Positions 10,935 to 22,767 are shown, counted from the stretch's first letter. The stretch is DNA of 64,000 bases from Prasinococcaceae sp. CCMP 1430 (GCA_013416795.1 RQSC01000397.1:15239-79238), one strand, 5' to 3'. Translations and numbers: made by a program. The notes: generated from the sequence alone by a model not told the origin.

Positions 10935-12431
10935 TCATGGCTGCGGCGGCTCGCGCGCGACAAACCCCGCGCGGCGCTCGAGCACGTGCCCGACTGACAG
11001 CAGCCCGAGCTCGTCGAATGCGGCGCCGACGAGCTGCACGCCGGCGGGCAGTGCGCCCGCAGCGGCTGGCGCGGGAAGCGCGAGGGCGGGCAGGCCGGCC
11101 ATATTCACATTGACGGTCATCACGTCGCCGGCGTAGGCCACCAGCGGGTCCTTGGTGAGCTCGCCCATCGACGGCGTGCCAACGGCGGCGGGCATCAGCA
11201 GCGCGTCGCGGCCGTCGAGCGCCGCGGCGAAGTCGCGCTGCACGAGCGTGCGCACGCGCTGCGCGCGTTTGTAGTACGCGTCGATCGAGCCCGCCGACAG
11301 TGTGTACGTGCCCGCCAGGATGCGCTGCACCACCTCGTCGCCAAAGCCCTCCCCGCGCGTCGCCTTCAGGGACGCCACCGCGTCTGCGTCGGCTGCGCCG
11401 CTCCGTGCGCCGCACGTGACGCCGTCGTATCGCGCGAGGTTGGAGCTAGCCTCGGACGCAGCGATCACGTAGTAGGCACGCAGGCCGTTGTCGAGATTGG
11501 GCACCGAGACCTCGTCCACCTCGGCGCCCAGCTCCCGCAGCGCGGCGGCGGCCGCCTCCACCGCGGCGGCGCTCTCCGCTGACAGCGCATCGCTCAGCGT
11601 CTCGCGCACCACCCCAAAGCGCCGGCCAGCAAGCGGTCGGTCTTCCTCGAGAGCCGCCGCGTCGGGCAGAGCCGCCGCGTAGTCTGGCACGTCTCGGCCA
11701 ACCGCACAAGTGGCGTCCGCAGGGTCGGCACCAGCCATCACGCCCAGACAGATGGCCGCGTCCTCCACGCTGGTGGCCAGCGGGCCCACGCAGTCGAGGC
11801 TACTCGCGTACGCAACGAGGCCGTTGCGGCTCACGCGGCCGTAAGTAGGTTTGAGGCCGACGACGCCGCACAGCGCGGCAGGCTGGCGGATCGAGCCGCC
11901 TGTGTCGGACCCGAGTGCGAGCGCACACTGGCGCGCGGCCACCGCCGCCGCCGACCCGCCGCTTGAGCCACCCGGCACTCGCGAAGCGTCCCACGGGTTG
12001 GTCGTCGCCTGGTACGCGCTGTTCTCCGTCGACGAGCCCATGCCAAATTCATCCATGTTGCACTTGCCCACGAGCACAGCGCCGGCAGCGCGCAGGCGCG
12101 CAACGGCAGTCGCGTCATAGGTGGGAATGAATCCCTCCAGCGAGCGGCTGCCGGCCGTCGTCGGCGCACCCATCGTGCAGAGGTTGTCCTTCACGCCAAC
12201 GGGCACTCCCGCGAGCGGCCCGGGGAGCGTGCCCGTATCTGCGAGCGCGGCATCTACCGCGGCAGCCGCCTCGAGCGCCGCGTCACGCTGAAGCGAGAGA
12301 AATGCACGCACCCCAGGCTCGGTGGCGTCGATGCGCTCAAGGTGCTCCTGCGCGACGCCCACTGCCGTCGCCTCGCCGCGCAGCAGCCGCTCCTGGATGC
12401 GGCGGATCGCCGACGGCGCTGCCGCCGCGGC
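10935..12431 (-). CDS. gatA: Glutamyl-tRNA(Gln) amidotransferase subunit A, organellar (5' end uncertain; frame stays open to ATG at 12686)
   Basis: Amidase signature GVKDNL, GKCNMDEFGMGSSTENS, PGGSSGGSAAAVA, GSDTGGSIRQPA, SSNLARYDG, FGDEVVQRILAGTYTLS. Confidence 0.93.
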   Translation of the reverse strand, partial: AAAAAPSAIRRIQERLLRGEATAVGVAQEHLERIDATEPGVRAFLSLQRDAALEAAAAVDAALADTGTLPGPLAGVPVGVKDNLCTMGAPTTAGSRSLEGFIPTYDATAVARLRAAGAVLVGKCNMDEFGMGSSTENSAYQATTNPWDASRVPGGSSGGSAAAVAARQCALALGSDTGGSIRQPAALCGVVGLKPTYGRVSRNGLVAYASSLDCVGPLATSVEDAAICLGVMAGADPADATCAVGRDVPDYAAALPDAAALEEDRPLAGRRFGVVRETLSDALSAESAAAVEAAAAALRELGAEVDEVSVPNLDNGLRAYYVIAASEASSNLARYDGVTCGARSGAADADAVASLKATRGEGFGDEVVQRILAGTYTLSAGSIDAYYKRAQRVRTLVQRDFAAALDGRDALLMPAAVGTPSMGELTKDPLVAYAGDVMTVNVNMAGLPALALPAPAAAGALPAGVQLVGAAFDELGLLSVGHVLERRAGFVAREPPQP

Positions 12432-12520
12432 CTGCGCGGCCCGTGCCGCACACAGTGCGCGCCGCCGGCCGTGAGCACGTGCGTCACGCCGGCTTTCTTC
12501 GCGCACGCGCGCGCGCGCGT

Positions 12521-12553
12521 GTTTGTGTGCGTGTGCGTGTGTGTGTGTGTGTG
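12521..12553. repeat. (GT)n/(GC)n microsatellite
   Basis: Imperfect gtgtgt run; similar tracts at ~6905-6955 (PP4R1 intron) and 33478-33502. Confidence 0.8.
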
Positions 12554-13149
12554 AGCGTGCTGGGTGACACTGGGTGTTGTGACTGTTGTTTTCATCAGTC
12601 CGACGGCGTGCGTGTGTGTTGTTGTTGTGGCCGTTCGTTGCTTTCGATCGATGCGCGTGGGGGTGGGGGGTGGGGGGGGAAGTCATGGCTGGAAATCGAG
12701 TGCTCGATCGAAAGGGCGCGGCGACGGAGCGAGCTTCGAGACGATGCGATGCGCGAACCCGCGGACCCCTACAGTAAATAAAAAAAAGGGAGCGGGGGCA
12801 CAGCTGGCGTTGGGCGTGTGAGCGTTGCGGTCTGCTGGGCGACGCCACACGGCGCGCTGCCGGGGGCGCCCCCCAAAGCCCGGCGCGCCCCGGGGGCGCG
12901 GGGCGGTGGGCATTGCGTGGCGCGCGCACAGCCGGACAGCAGGTCGTCCACGCGCCGCGCTCCGCGCGCTGCGAGACGCGGGGGGGGGAGGGGCGGCGGG
13001 CGGGCGGGCGTGCGGCGCGGGCGGGTAGCACGCACGGCAGGTGTTGGCTGCGCTGCGTTTTTTGCACGCGGACGCGAGGGCGCCGCCGGCGACGGCTCTC
13101 TCTCGTGCGCGCGGAGGCGTGCACCTCGGGTGGCGAGGAGGCGGGAACA

Positions 13150-15642
13150 ATGTCGGTGCCGCGCACAGGGCACGCTCAAGCGACGCGGCGTGCGTCCGTG
13201 CCGCGCCTCGGGGGCGGTGGGGCCGCGCGCACATGCCTGCGGCGCGCACCCGTGCGGACGCGCACGCGGACGCCGCGCGCAGACGCCTCTACGCCTGCGA
13301 GTGATGCGGGCGGGGAGGGCTCAAGTGGCGGGACCGCTGACGTCGTGCGCGTCGAAGGTGTAAGCTCTGACTGGCTGGACGACGGACTGTCAGACACGGA
13401 GGCTGGCGAGGGGAGCTGGAGCGGGGCTGCGGCGCCACGCGCAGACAGGTCGCGTAAGGAATCTGCAGCCGCGGCGGCGAAGGCTGCCGCAAGAGACAGC
13501 GTCGAGGCGGTCAAGCGGTGGGCTCAGGAGGCGCGGCCACCGCAGCCAGGCGACGTCGAGCGGCTGAGGCGTGAGCTTGCACGCGGTGTCAGGAAGCCCG
13601 CGGCGCTGGCGACCCTTGGGGGGGCGGCGGTTGTCTTTGCGCTTGCTGCGGTCGCTGCATCAAAGCGAAGCGCGGCAGAGGCCGAGGCGCGTGCCGCTGC
13701 GCGTGCCGCTGCAGCTGCCGAGATAGCGCCAGACACTGCAGAGGCCGATGCGGCCGACGTGGCCGGCGACGCGCGTGAAGCAGCTGATGGTGTCGGGCTG
13801 AGCGAGGGTGTAGACCTCGAGGTTAGGGCATCGCCCGGCGCTACGCCCGAGGCGCAGGCGCCCGCCGAGGGCGGCGCTGGAGCGGCGCTCGCGACACCGA
13901 CCATGCAGCGACATGCGCCGTACTACACGTTGGGCGAGCGGCACCATGCTGCTCACAGGAGTGACACTGCGAGCGGTGGAGACACATTCGGCCTGGGCGG
14001 TGCAGATGTGCGCCCGCAGGCGTTGCGCGCGGACGCGACGCCGTTGGAGCGACTGCAGCACTACGGCATCGCCGACCAGGAGGCGTTGCCCTACGAGGTC
14101 ATCACCCGACGTAAGTTCGCGCGATGGCTGCGCGATGCTGCTGGTGACGTGCAGATCCAGGGGAATGCGCCTGCCTCTGCGCAGAGGCGCGTGTCGCCCG
14201 TCGACACGGGTGAGCTCCCGGTCTTCTTGGATGTCGGCGCGGGCGATCCCGACTTTGCCGTCGTGCAGAGCCTCGCGGACGCTGGTGTCATTCCGAGCCA
14301 GTACAGCGGCGGTGGGTCCCTCTTTCGCCCAGATGCTCCGCTTACTCGCGAGGCCCTCATCGCTTGGAAGCTTGCACTCGACCAGCGCACGCTGCCACCC
14401 GCCACCGCCGCTGATGTGGCCTGGTTGTGGGGCTTCAGCGACGCCAACGCGATCGCCGACGCGGCGCTCAGCGCTGTCGCGGCCGACCGTGGTCTTGGCC
14501 AGGCCTCGACCATTGCTGCAACGTTCGGCTGGACCAAGTTGCTGCATCCCAAACGCGCGGTGACGTGTGAGCAGGCCGCACGCGCGCTCGTGGTCTGGAG
14601 CGACCCTGGCGTGGACCCGATGCCGGCTGCGGCTGCAGCGGGCGCGGGGATGGGAGCCGGGGGCGCGCCGGCCGCCGCGGACACTGCGCGCGCAGGTGCG
14701 ACGATGGGCACTCCCGAAGCAGTCGTGAGGACAGATGTGCCAGTTTCGCGGGTGGCGGCACCTGAGGAGTCGCCACAAGCAGCTGCGCGGGCTGTCGAGG
14801 CGGTGCTACAGGAGGAGCAGGACGCATCGCAGCAACAGGGGGAGAGCGCTGAGGATGTAGCCAAGGAAGGGCCTGCGGAGGCAGATGAGGAACCAAGCGA
14901 GACCGATCCGCCCGCGCCGGCGGACGTGCCGGCACCTGTGGCCACGCAGCAGAGCACATCGGTGCTGTCGCAGCCGAGCACGCACCAGCCGCAGTCGAGC
15001 ACGGAATCGCAGCCGCAGCCGCAGCCACCGCGCACAGCGCAGGAGCCTACAGCGCAGCCTGCCGGCGCGAATGCGCTCACAGCCCAGCCTGCGACGGGAT
15101 CGGACGACGGCGTGCCCCCGTTGCAGTCCGCGGCAGTGTTCGTCGGCACAGCCGCGGGCCGCATCCTTGGCATGACTGCACACTCCGTCCAGTGGCTCGC
15201 GGGCACGGTGAACGAGCAGCTGATCGCGAGCGGCAGGCTCGAGGCCTGGGGGCGCGCGGCGTGCACGGCCGCCAAAGATGCTTCGGCACTGATTGGGGTT
15301 AAGGCCGTCGAGGCGGGAAAGGTGATCGCGGTGGCCGCCGCACCCGTGCTGCACCAAACGAAGGAGCGCGCGAGTCAGCTAGCAAGCGCGGCTTCGGACT
15401 CTCTCAGGGCCGCGTACGTCCGCTTTCAGGAGGCTGCAGTGCAAGCGCGGGCCGAGGCTGGGGACAAAGCTAGCGCCGAGGCCAAGATGGCGTCAGCGAA
15501 AGCTGGGCCCGACGCTTCGAGCGGTGGGGATGACGACAAGCGCGACAATAGCGGCGGCGGTGACGCTGCTAGCACTGGGTCGCCACCCACCGGGGGCGAG
15601 GACGCGCCGCCGTCGGACGCGCCGGCCGCACCGTCGGCATGA
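13150..15642 (+). CDS. Plastid-type S-layer homology (SLH) domain protein with transit peptide and one TM helix
   Basis: Arg/Ala-rich N-terminus, hydrophobic helix (LATLGGAAVVFALAAVAA), SLH-like ITRRKFARWL, FLDVGAGDPDFAVVQSLADAGVI, FRPDAPLTRE, FSDANAI, TKLLHPKRAVTCEQAA. Resembles the plant At5g23890-type family. Confidence 0.75.
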   Translation: MSVPRTGHAQATRRASVPRLGGGGAARTCLRRAPVRTRTRTPRADASTPASDAGGEGSSGGTADVVRVEGVSSDWLDDGLSDTEAGEGSWSGAAAPRADRSRKESAAAAAKAAARDSVEAVKRWAQEARPPQPGDVERLRRELARGVRKPAALATLGGAAVVFALAAVAASKRSAAEAEARAAARAAAAAEIAPDTAEADAADVAGDAREAADGVGLSEGVDLEVRASPGATPEAQAPAEGGAGAALATPTMQRHAPYYTLGERHHAAHRSDTASGGDTFGLGGADVRPQALRADATPLERLQHYGIADQEALPYEVITRRKFARWLRDAAGDVQIQGNAPASAQRRVSPVDTGELPVFLDVGAGDPDFAVVQSLADAGVIPSQYSGGGSLFRPDAPLTREALIAWKLALDQRTLPPATAADVAWLWGFSDANAIADAALSAVAADRGLGQASTIAATFGWTKLLHPKRAVTCEQAARALVVWSDPGVDPMPAAAAAGAGMGAGGAPAAADTARAGATMGTPEAVVRTDVPVSRVAAPEESPQAAARAVEAVLQEEQDASQQQGESAEDVAKEGPAEADEEPSETDPPAPADVPAPVATQQSTSVLSQPSTHQPQSSTESQPQPQPPRTAQEPTAQPAGANALTAQPATGSDDGVPPLQSAAVFVGTAAGRILGMTAHSVQWLAGTVNEQLIASGRLEAWGRAACTAAKDASALIGVKAVEAGKVIAVAAAPVLHQTKERASQLASAASDSLRAAYVRFQEAAVQARAEAGDKASAEAKMASAKAGPDASSGGDDDKRDNSGGGDAASTGSPPTGGEDAPPSDAPAAPSA

Positions 15643-15839
15643 GCTCGCTCCAGTTTGCAACGCGGGCTTGGACAGACAGGGGTGTGGTTGAGCTGCCGCT
15701 GGGGGCTGACAGAGTGCAGTAATGATCTGCTCACACGCCACGACCACCGCTCTTTGCGCAGGTGGTTCTCGGGAGTGTCCGATGCGTGTACTTTTACAGG
15801 GCGCCACCAACAGCGGGCAGGGCGAGCGATGCGCGACGC

Positions 15840-17605
15840 TCACTCCTTTCCGAAGTCGGCACTGTAGTGCGCGGAGGATTCGAGCTTCTTTGCATCTACC
15901 AGCTTGCGCACTGCCTTCATGAAGTCGTCCTGCACGGCGTAGTCGCGCTCGTCCCGGATGGCGAACATGCCAGCCTCCGTGCACACGTTGCGCAGGTCCG
16001 CCGCGTTGAAGTTCTCCGCGAGCTTGGCGACTTGCTCGTAGTCAATGTCCCCGTGCTTCGTCATTGGGGCTGCGTGAATCTTCATCACTTCGATCCTGTT
16101 CGAGGTGCCACCGACGCCAGCTCCCGTCAGCGCAGCGCATGCGTCTGGATGTCCGAGACATCTTGGCGCATCTAATGCCCAACCTCGCGGGCCGGGCGCG
16201 TTCAAAACATCGAGCTGAAATGCGCGCGCTGTCGTGCGTCCAAGGCCGCTGGCAACACGCACCTTCCCTGCTCGTTGGGGAGGGGGATCTCGATCTTTCT
16301 ATCGAGGCGCCCGGGGCGCAGCAGCGCGGGATCGAGCACGTCGGGCCGATTTGTCGCCATGATGCACTTGACCTTGCCAAGCTTGTCGAACCCGTCCAGC
16401 TGCGAGAGGAGCTCCATGAGCGTCCTCTGAATCTCGCGATCCGCGCTCGTGCCCTCGCTGAAGCGCTTCCCGCCAATAGCATCGACCTCGTCCATAAAGA
16501 TGATGCACGGCTGATGCTCGTTTGCGTACGCGAACATCTCACGGATGAGCCGAGCGCTCTCGCCGATGTATTTGTCGACGATCGCGCTGCTCACCACCTT
16601 GAGGAAGTTGGCGTCGATGTTGTTCGCCACCGCGCGCGCCAGCAGCGTCTTGCCCGTTCCTGGCGGACCGTATAGGAGCACGCCCTTGGGGGGATCGATG
16701 CCCACTCGCAGGAACAGCTCCGGATTCTGCAGCGGCAGCTCAATGGCTTCGCGCAGGTCGCGGATCTGCTCGCCAAGCCCACCGATAGCGCTGTAGCTCA
16801 CGTCACCCGGGTCCTCCGTCTTCATGTTGTGCACCACCGGGTCAACCTCGCGCGGGAGGTACCGCATGATCGTGAGCGTCGTCTAGAGCGCGCCGCGCCG
16901 TGCGATCAGGGCGGCGCGACGGGAGTGCCGCAAGGGTGCATTTTGTCAGCGGAGGGGATGGCCAAGACTGAGGGTTGCGATGCCGGCCTAGCGTGCTACG
17001 TGCTGGTGGGCGGCAACTCGCTGCCAGCAGCGCAGCGCATGGCCTGCTGCACGCACCATGTCCAGCGCCACGCGCGTGCCGCTCGTCAGCTTCGTCTTGT
17101 CGACCTTGGTGCGGCATCCCACCACGTAGCGCGGGCCACTGCTCGCCTTGACGATGAAGCGCTCGGCATCGAGCTGGCGCAGCACCTCGCCGATGATCTG
17201 TCCCACACTCTGGAGCGCCTTGAGGTCGTCCTCGGTTTTATCGTAGTCCTTTTGCAGCTGCTTCGTGGTCTCACGAACTGCGCGGCGCGCGCGGCGCCCG
17301 CATCAGCGAGTGCGGCAGCGCCATCGGCAGGGTCAGCATCGGCGATCGGAGCATCCTACGGCGCCATCCCACGCGCGCCCGCCCGCGCGCAGCTACAGCC
17401 GCCCATCCTTGCCGCGCGCCTGCGCCCGCGCCCGCGCGTGGCGAGCGTAGATCCCCTCCCGTGCGCGGCCCTCCATCCCCTTCCCCTGCGCGCGCTTGCG
17501 CCCGCGCGACGCACGCTGCCTCGTGCGCCCGTCGAGCTCCCTGTGCTGCAGCAGCTTGTTGCGGAAGTCCGCAAGCGCCGCCTGCTTCGCTCCGTCGGCG
17601 TCCAT
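15840..17605 (-). CDS. RPT4: 26S proteasome AAA-ATPase subunit RPT4 (multi-exon)
   Basis: [32 protein letters not shown], Walker [48 protein letters not shown]. Confidence 0.96.
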
Positions 17606-18043
17606 CGCGCGCTGCGGTCCGGGGGGAAAGGGATGGGGAGGCGCCGCCGCCCGCGCGCGCGCGCGCGCGCTGTGACGCTGCGCCCGGAGCGCGCGCGCGC
17701 GTGGAGCCGGCCGGATCCCCCGGAACCGCCGGCGATCGAAATCCTTCCGCGAAATCCCATCTCTCGCCATGCGCGCGCACCCCGAAAACGTGCGCCGCGG
17801 CCGCGCAGCGCGTGCGGGCGCATCAATTCGAACCACTTCCCGCGCATCTCGCTGCGGGAGCAGCGACGGCCGCGCGCGCGAGGGGAGGAGGAGGGAGCAC
17901 GGGCGACGCCGAGGGGAAATCTAAAAGAATTTCCGTTATTTTCCGAAAGAAATGCATCAAAATCAAAATCGGAGCCGGCGGATAAGCTAATAGTAAATTT
18001 TTACCAACAGCTAATTCTCCACCATCACTTGAAAAAATGCCAG

Positions 18044-19505
18044 GGGCGCGCCGCTGCGGCGCGCGGCGGCGGCGTCCGATGCGGCGACGCGCGTCGGGGA
18101 GGGGCTCGAGCTCTTCGACAAGGTGCGTGCGGGTGGGCGCGGGAGGGAAGAAAATGCGTTAGGAGAGTGTAGGCGTGGGTGGGGTGGGAGTGCGCGGGCA
18201 TGCGGGGGCAGCGGAGGATACGGCGGGGCTCCCATCTGAACAGTGGCTCACACGCGCCTGGCGCCCCGTACGTGCCGGCTACCGCTCATGCGCCCCTCGC
18301 AGGGCAAGAAGGTCGCAGCGCTGGACAAATTCATGGAGGCTCTGGAGCTTGGCCCAAACAATGAGGAGAAAAAGGCGGCGCTGTACAACGCGGCGTGCTG
18401 CTACGCGTCCTTCGAGCAGAGCGAGGATGCAGTAGACGCTCTGCGCGAGGCGCTCGATTGCGGCCTGCGGTACAGCACCATCCTGGCGGATGCCGACCTT
18501 GCCACGCTGCGCGGCACGGCCGAGTTCGCCGCACTCAAGGCAGAGGTTGTCGAGGGCGGCAATGCTGATGGGGGCTCTTTTCGGCGGGACCTGAAACTTA
18601 TCAACGAGGCGCGCTCGCCCTTCCGCCCCGTGCGTGGCTTCCTGTACGTCGCGCTTGGTCTGGCCGCCTTCCTGTCAACCCTTTTCACGCTGCCGCGGCT
18701 GGGGGCCGCGCTGTCCGGCGAGGAGGGCGTCACACTGTTGGGCGTCCTGCAAAATCTGGGCATCAACGTTGCGGGTCTGACCGCTATCTTCTTCCTGTGG
18801 CGGCGCGACCAGGAGGGCGAGGCCAAGGAGGTCGATACTCTGACCGTCGAGGAGACCCTCTCGCGGCTGCCGGTGGCGGTCGGCTCTGGCGGAAGCAACG
18901 AGCGCATCGTGCAGCTGTGTGACCTGCGCTCCAATGCGCGGCCAGTGGTGCTCGCCGGCTCTGACAAGAGCGTGCGTGCGGCGGTGGCTGCTGCCGGCAA
19001 GTACAAGGCAAAGCTTGAAGAGCGCGGGCTCGTGCTCGTGCCATTCGTCATCGGCAGCTCGACCGCGCTCGAGGAGCAGCAGCGCAAGGGTTTCGGCGCC
19101 AAGGCCAAAAAGCTCACGGAGCGAGTGGCGCCCGAGGACCGGCCGGCGGCGCGCACGGAGGCAGAGCTCGCGGAGGCGGCTGCCGCGGCGGCGAAGGACG
19201 GAGGGGCGGGCGGGGGCGCGGACGACGACTTCGACGCCAAGGTGGCGGCGGCCGCTGCGCGCGCCAAGCTGCAGGCCAGCCGGCGCTTCCGGGCGGATCC
19301 CCCGGCCGCGTCGCTCTCCGAGTGGGAGCGCTTCGTGGAGGAGCTGCAGAGCAGCACCGACGGCGTGGGGCGGGGCGACGACTGCTTCCTCGTGTTGCGC
19401 CTCGATGGGCGCCTGCGCGCCTCCGGCAAGGGCATGCCCGACTGGGAGCGGCTCATCGAGGACGTGCCCAAGTCCACTGAGCTCGTGTCGAAGCTCGAGA
19501 GCTAA
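18044..19505 (+). CDS. LPA1: LOW PSII ACCUMULATION 1-like (TPR + DUF3493); intron 18123-18302; start codon unresolved
   Basis: Spliced GLELFDK/GKKVAALDKF, AALYNAACCYA, FRRDLKLINEARSPFRPVRGF, two TM helices, EETLSRLPV, RPVVLAG, LRLDGRLRASGKGMPDW. Confidence 0.85.
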
Positions 19506-19611
19506 GATGTGAGCGAGCGCCTGTGGGAGAGCGAGGCGCACTCAGCGCATCGCGAGCGCGCGTAGGGTCCCGTAACGACGCCTCGCCCCTCCACCAGCAC
19601 GCCTTCTTACG

Positions 19612-20734
19612 TCACTTGCGGAAGGCGTCGCGCTCCTTGCGCCTGAACCTGCGGGCGAACTCGGCGTCGCTCGCGACATTGAACTCGCCCTCACCTGTGC
19701 GCAGGTCGCGCGACCCGCCACGCCCGCCGTGCCCGCCCCTGCCGCCGCTGCGCCTGCCCCTGCCACCTCTACCGCCGCCATCGCCGCGGTCATCGCGCTC
19801 GCGCTCGCGGCGGTCGCCTCTGTGTCCGTGCTTGTCCCTCATCTTCCGCGCGTGTTCCGCGGAGTGCGCGTTGAAGTTCGCAGACGCAGATGCCGGGAGC
19901 TGGCCACGTCCGCTGCTGCGCGCACCGTTGCCGCCCTCGCCGCCGCCCTTGCCCCCCTTCTTCGCCATGAGCCTTGCCTTGGCCCTCTCCGTCTCTTCGA
20001 TGTTTTTGAGCTTGTACTCGACGGGTAGCGCCACCTCGGCCATGCCACCCGCAACAAAGTCCATCTGCTCGGTGTCGTCCTGCGCGGCCTCCGTGCGCAG
20101 GCGCTCGGGCACGGCGTACACCGATCCACCCTTGGCAGCCTCAGCAGCCTCGCGCGCGGCGATCTCCTCAGGCGTCTCCTTCAGCAAGCCCCGCTTCGCC
20201 ATCTCCTCCTTGAGGTATGCCTGCAAGCCACATGGCGGGCATCGCGGAAAGTAGGAGTCAGAGCCGGGCATGCACACACGCACGAGGTGGGGTGTAGGAC
20301 TCAGCGATGGTGTCGCGCGCCTGAGGGGTGCGATGCGACTGCGGCCCTCTCCGCACCTTAAGCCTGGGGTCCTCCGCGTCTTCTTCGGCGCCGTTGGCGT
20401 CCTCTGTTGCTGCGAAATTCGCCCTGAGTGCCTCGGGGTCGTCAGCGCCTGCTGCGGCCGCGTCGGCGGCAGCGGCGCGCTCGGCGGCGGCACGCTCTGC
20501 AGCGACGCGCTCTGCGGCCTCGCGCGCCGCCGTGCCTCGCGCGAGGTCGTCCGCAGACATGCCCGGGCGCACGCGCGCACGCGCAGCCTGCAGGCAGCGC
20601 ACGTCCGCCAGCGCCTCGAGGTCTGCAGACTCACTGCCGTCCAGCGCCTTGCCACCATCCTCCGCGCCGTCCACCTCAGCATCCCTGCGCTTGCGGAAGT
20701 TGCGCTGCTTCGGCTTGCGAAACGCAGGCGCCAT
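19612..20734 (-). CDS. Spliceosome-associated TLS1/C9orf78 family protein (intron 20356-20221)
   Basis: RKPKQRNFRKR, DPRLK/AYLKEEMAKR, YAVPERL, GMAEVALPVEYKLKNIEETERAK, ASDAEFARRFRR. Confidence 0.85.
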
Positions 20735-21330
20735 CGCGAGCGCGCGGCGGAGCGCGCGGCGGAGCGCGCGGCGGAGCGACGGAACGCCCTCGCGCCCCTC
20801 GCCTCTCGAGGACCTCCCGGCGTTTCGCCCCCTCCACCGTACTAGCGCCCCCCCCTCCCCCCGCCCTTTTCTGGGCGCGCTGTGGCCACCCCTGCGTGCA
20901 GCTTCGCGCCCAGCGGCTGCAGCCACACCGAGCGCAGCCGCCAAGCGCTCGCCTTGCCGTGTCATGCCCTCTCTGAATTCACTTTGAACACTCGTTGCAA
21001 CCGGAGTTTCATCAGAGAGGCCAAAACGCGCGGGTTGGTTGTCGCGCGCGTCGCCAGCCAGCGTCTCACGCGTCGCCGGAAAAGACCATCTGATCCTGGG
21101 ATCGAGGGCGTCGTGGGGGCGGCGTTGGCGGCGACGACTGCGGAGGGTGGATGGATTTTCCATCGTGCCGGCCCGATGGCGGCTGCTGGCAGCCTGCTTG
21201 CTGCGGGGCGCCACAGCGCGCGCGCGCGGCGCCGCTGGGGCGGAGGGCCGAGCAGGCGCGGACAGACGCGGGTGGAGGGGGGGGAGGGGAAGGCGGGTGG
21301 CCTGCTGTCGGCTGTTGATGACAGCGACAA

Positions 21331-22767
21331 ATGCAAGTGGTCGCAGCATCCATTCTGCCCGAAGGTGCGCTGGCGGCGCCGCCGGCCCCCGTGCTCGCGC
21401 GCGGCTTTGCGGCAGCGGCAGTGACGAGGGCGGCGGCGGGCGTGGGTGCAGTCGCCAGCGTGGCTGCGCCGGCTGCTGCAGCAGTGGCGCCCAACGCGGC
21501 CACGGGCGTGTCGCCGGTGGCCCTCTGGCTGTACGGCAGCGCGGGATGGGTGTTTGGCATGGTGGTCGTCGGTGGCATCACGCGCCTCACCAAGTCCGGG
21601 CTGTCCATGACCAAGTGGAAGTTTGTTGGCACACTGCCGCCGCTGACGCAGGAGGAGTGGGAGGAGGAGTTCACCCTCTACAAGGCGTCGCCCGAGTTCC
21701 GCAAGATGCACTCGTGGATGACCGTTGAAGACTTTAAGGTGAGGCTCGCGCCTGCGGCGCCCATCCTCCTCCCTCCCATTTATTGTGGCGTGCGCGTGCT
21801 CGCCGCCGCTCTGACGGGCATGCTGACACGCGCGCTCTGGGCTCCTCCACCCCCACCCCCACCCCCTTCCTTCGCGTACTCGCGTTCGCTCCAGCCCATT
21901 TTTTGGTGGGAGTACGCGCACCGCATGCTAGGCCGCGGCCTCGGCGTGGCCTTCGCAATCCCTTGCGCATACTTCGCCTCGCGCGGCATGATCAACGCCC
22001 CGCTCGGAAGGCGCCTCGCGGCGCTCTTCGTCGCAGGCGGCAGCCAGGGCTTCGTCGGATGGTGGATGGTGAAGTCAGGGCTCGAAGAGCCCGAATCTGA
22101 GCACGAGTGCCCACGTGTGTCGCCGTACCGCCTTGCGACGCACCTCATGTGCGCGTTCGCGATATACACTGGCCTGCTGTGGACAGCAATGAGCGTGCAC
22201 GTGCCGACGCCTGCTCCCGCGACAGCAGACGTGGCCGCAGCGCTGCGGCGCGTGCGGCGGCTCGCACACCCGCTCGCGGGCCTTGTCGCGGTGACGGCCG
22301 CTTCGGGCGCGTTCGTGGCTGGCCTCGAAGCGGGTCGTGCCTACAACACTTTTCCCACGATGAATGGCCAGTGGGTCCCCGATGAGGTGTGGGACATGAC
22401 CCCGCTCCACAAGAATTTCTTCGAGAACACGGCGCTCGTGCAGCTCGACCACCGCGTGCTTGCACTCTCGACGTTCGCTGCGTCGTGGGCGACGTGGTTT
22501 GCCACGCGCGGGCTGCCGCTCACTTCAGGCGCGGCGGCAGCTCTTCATTTGCTGCCCGTGGCAGCAAGTGCACAGGCCGCCCTTGGTGTTGCCACTCTGC
22601 TACACGCGGTGCCCGTGTCACTCGGATCGGCGCACCAGGCGGGCGCGCTCACGCTCTTCACGATCGTGGTGGCGCTCATGCACGCTACGCGCGCGCCGGC
22701 CGTGGCTGCGCGTGGGGCAGCGCGTGCCGCAAGTGCTGCAGCCAAGGTTGCCCAGCCCGCGTCGTAG
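21331..22767 (+). CDS. COX15: Heme A synthase COX15 (in-frame intron 21739-21894)
   Basis: VVVGGITRLTKSGLSMTKW, FK/PIFWWEYAHRMLGR, QGFVGWWMVKSGL, VSPYRLATHL, AGRAYNTFPTM, VQLDHR, HQAGA. Confidence 0.95.
   Translation: MQVVAASILPEGALAAPPAPVLARGFAAAAVTRAAAGVGAVASVAAPAAAAVAPNAATGVSPVALWLYGSAGWVFGMVVVGGITRLTKSGLSMTKWKFVGTLPPLTQEEWEEEFTLYKASPEFRKMHSWMTVEDFKVRLAPAAPILLPPIYCGVRVLAAALTGMLTRALWAPPPPPPPPSFAYSRSLQPIFWWEYAHRMLGRGLGVAFAIPCAYFASRGMINAPLGRRLAALFVAGGSQGFVGWWMVKSGLEEPESEHECPRVSPYRLATHLMCAFAIYTGLLWTAMSVHVPTPAPATADVAAALRRVRRLAHPLAGLVAVTAASGAFVAGLEAGRAYNTFPTMNGQWVPDEVWDMTPLHKNFFENTALVQLDHRVLALSTFAASWATWFATRGLPLTSGAAAALHLLPVAASAQAALGVATLLHAVPVSLGSAHQAGALTLFTIVVALMHATRAPAVAARGAARAASAAAKVAQPAS

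Noticed and set aside
12432-13166. Apparent 240-aa N-terminal extension of GatA in the ORF track
   Set aside because: Runs through microsatellite and promoter-like sequence; a CAG acceptor at 12434-12432 suggests much of it is intron or UTR.
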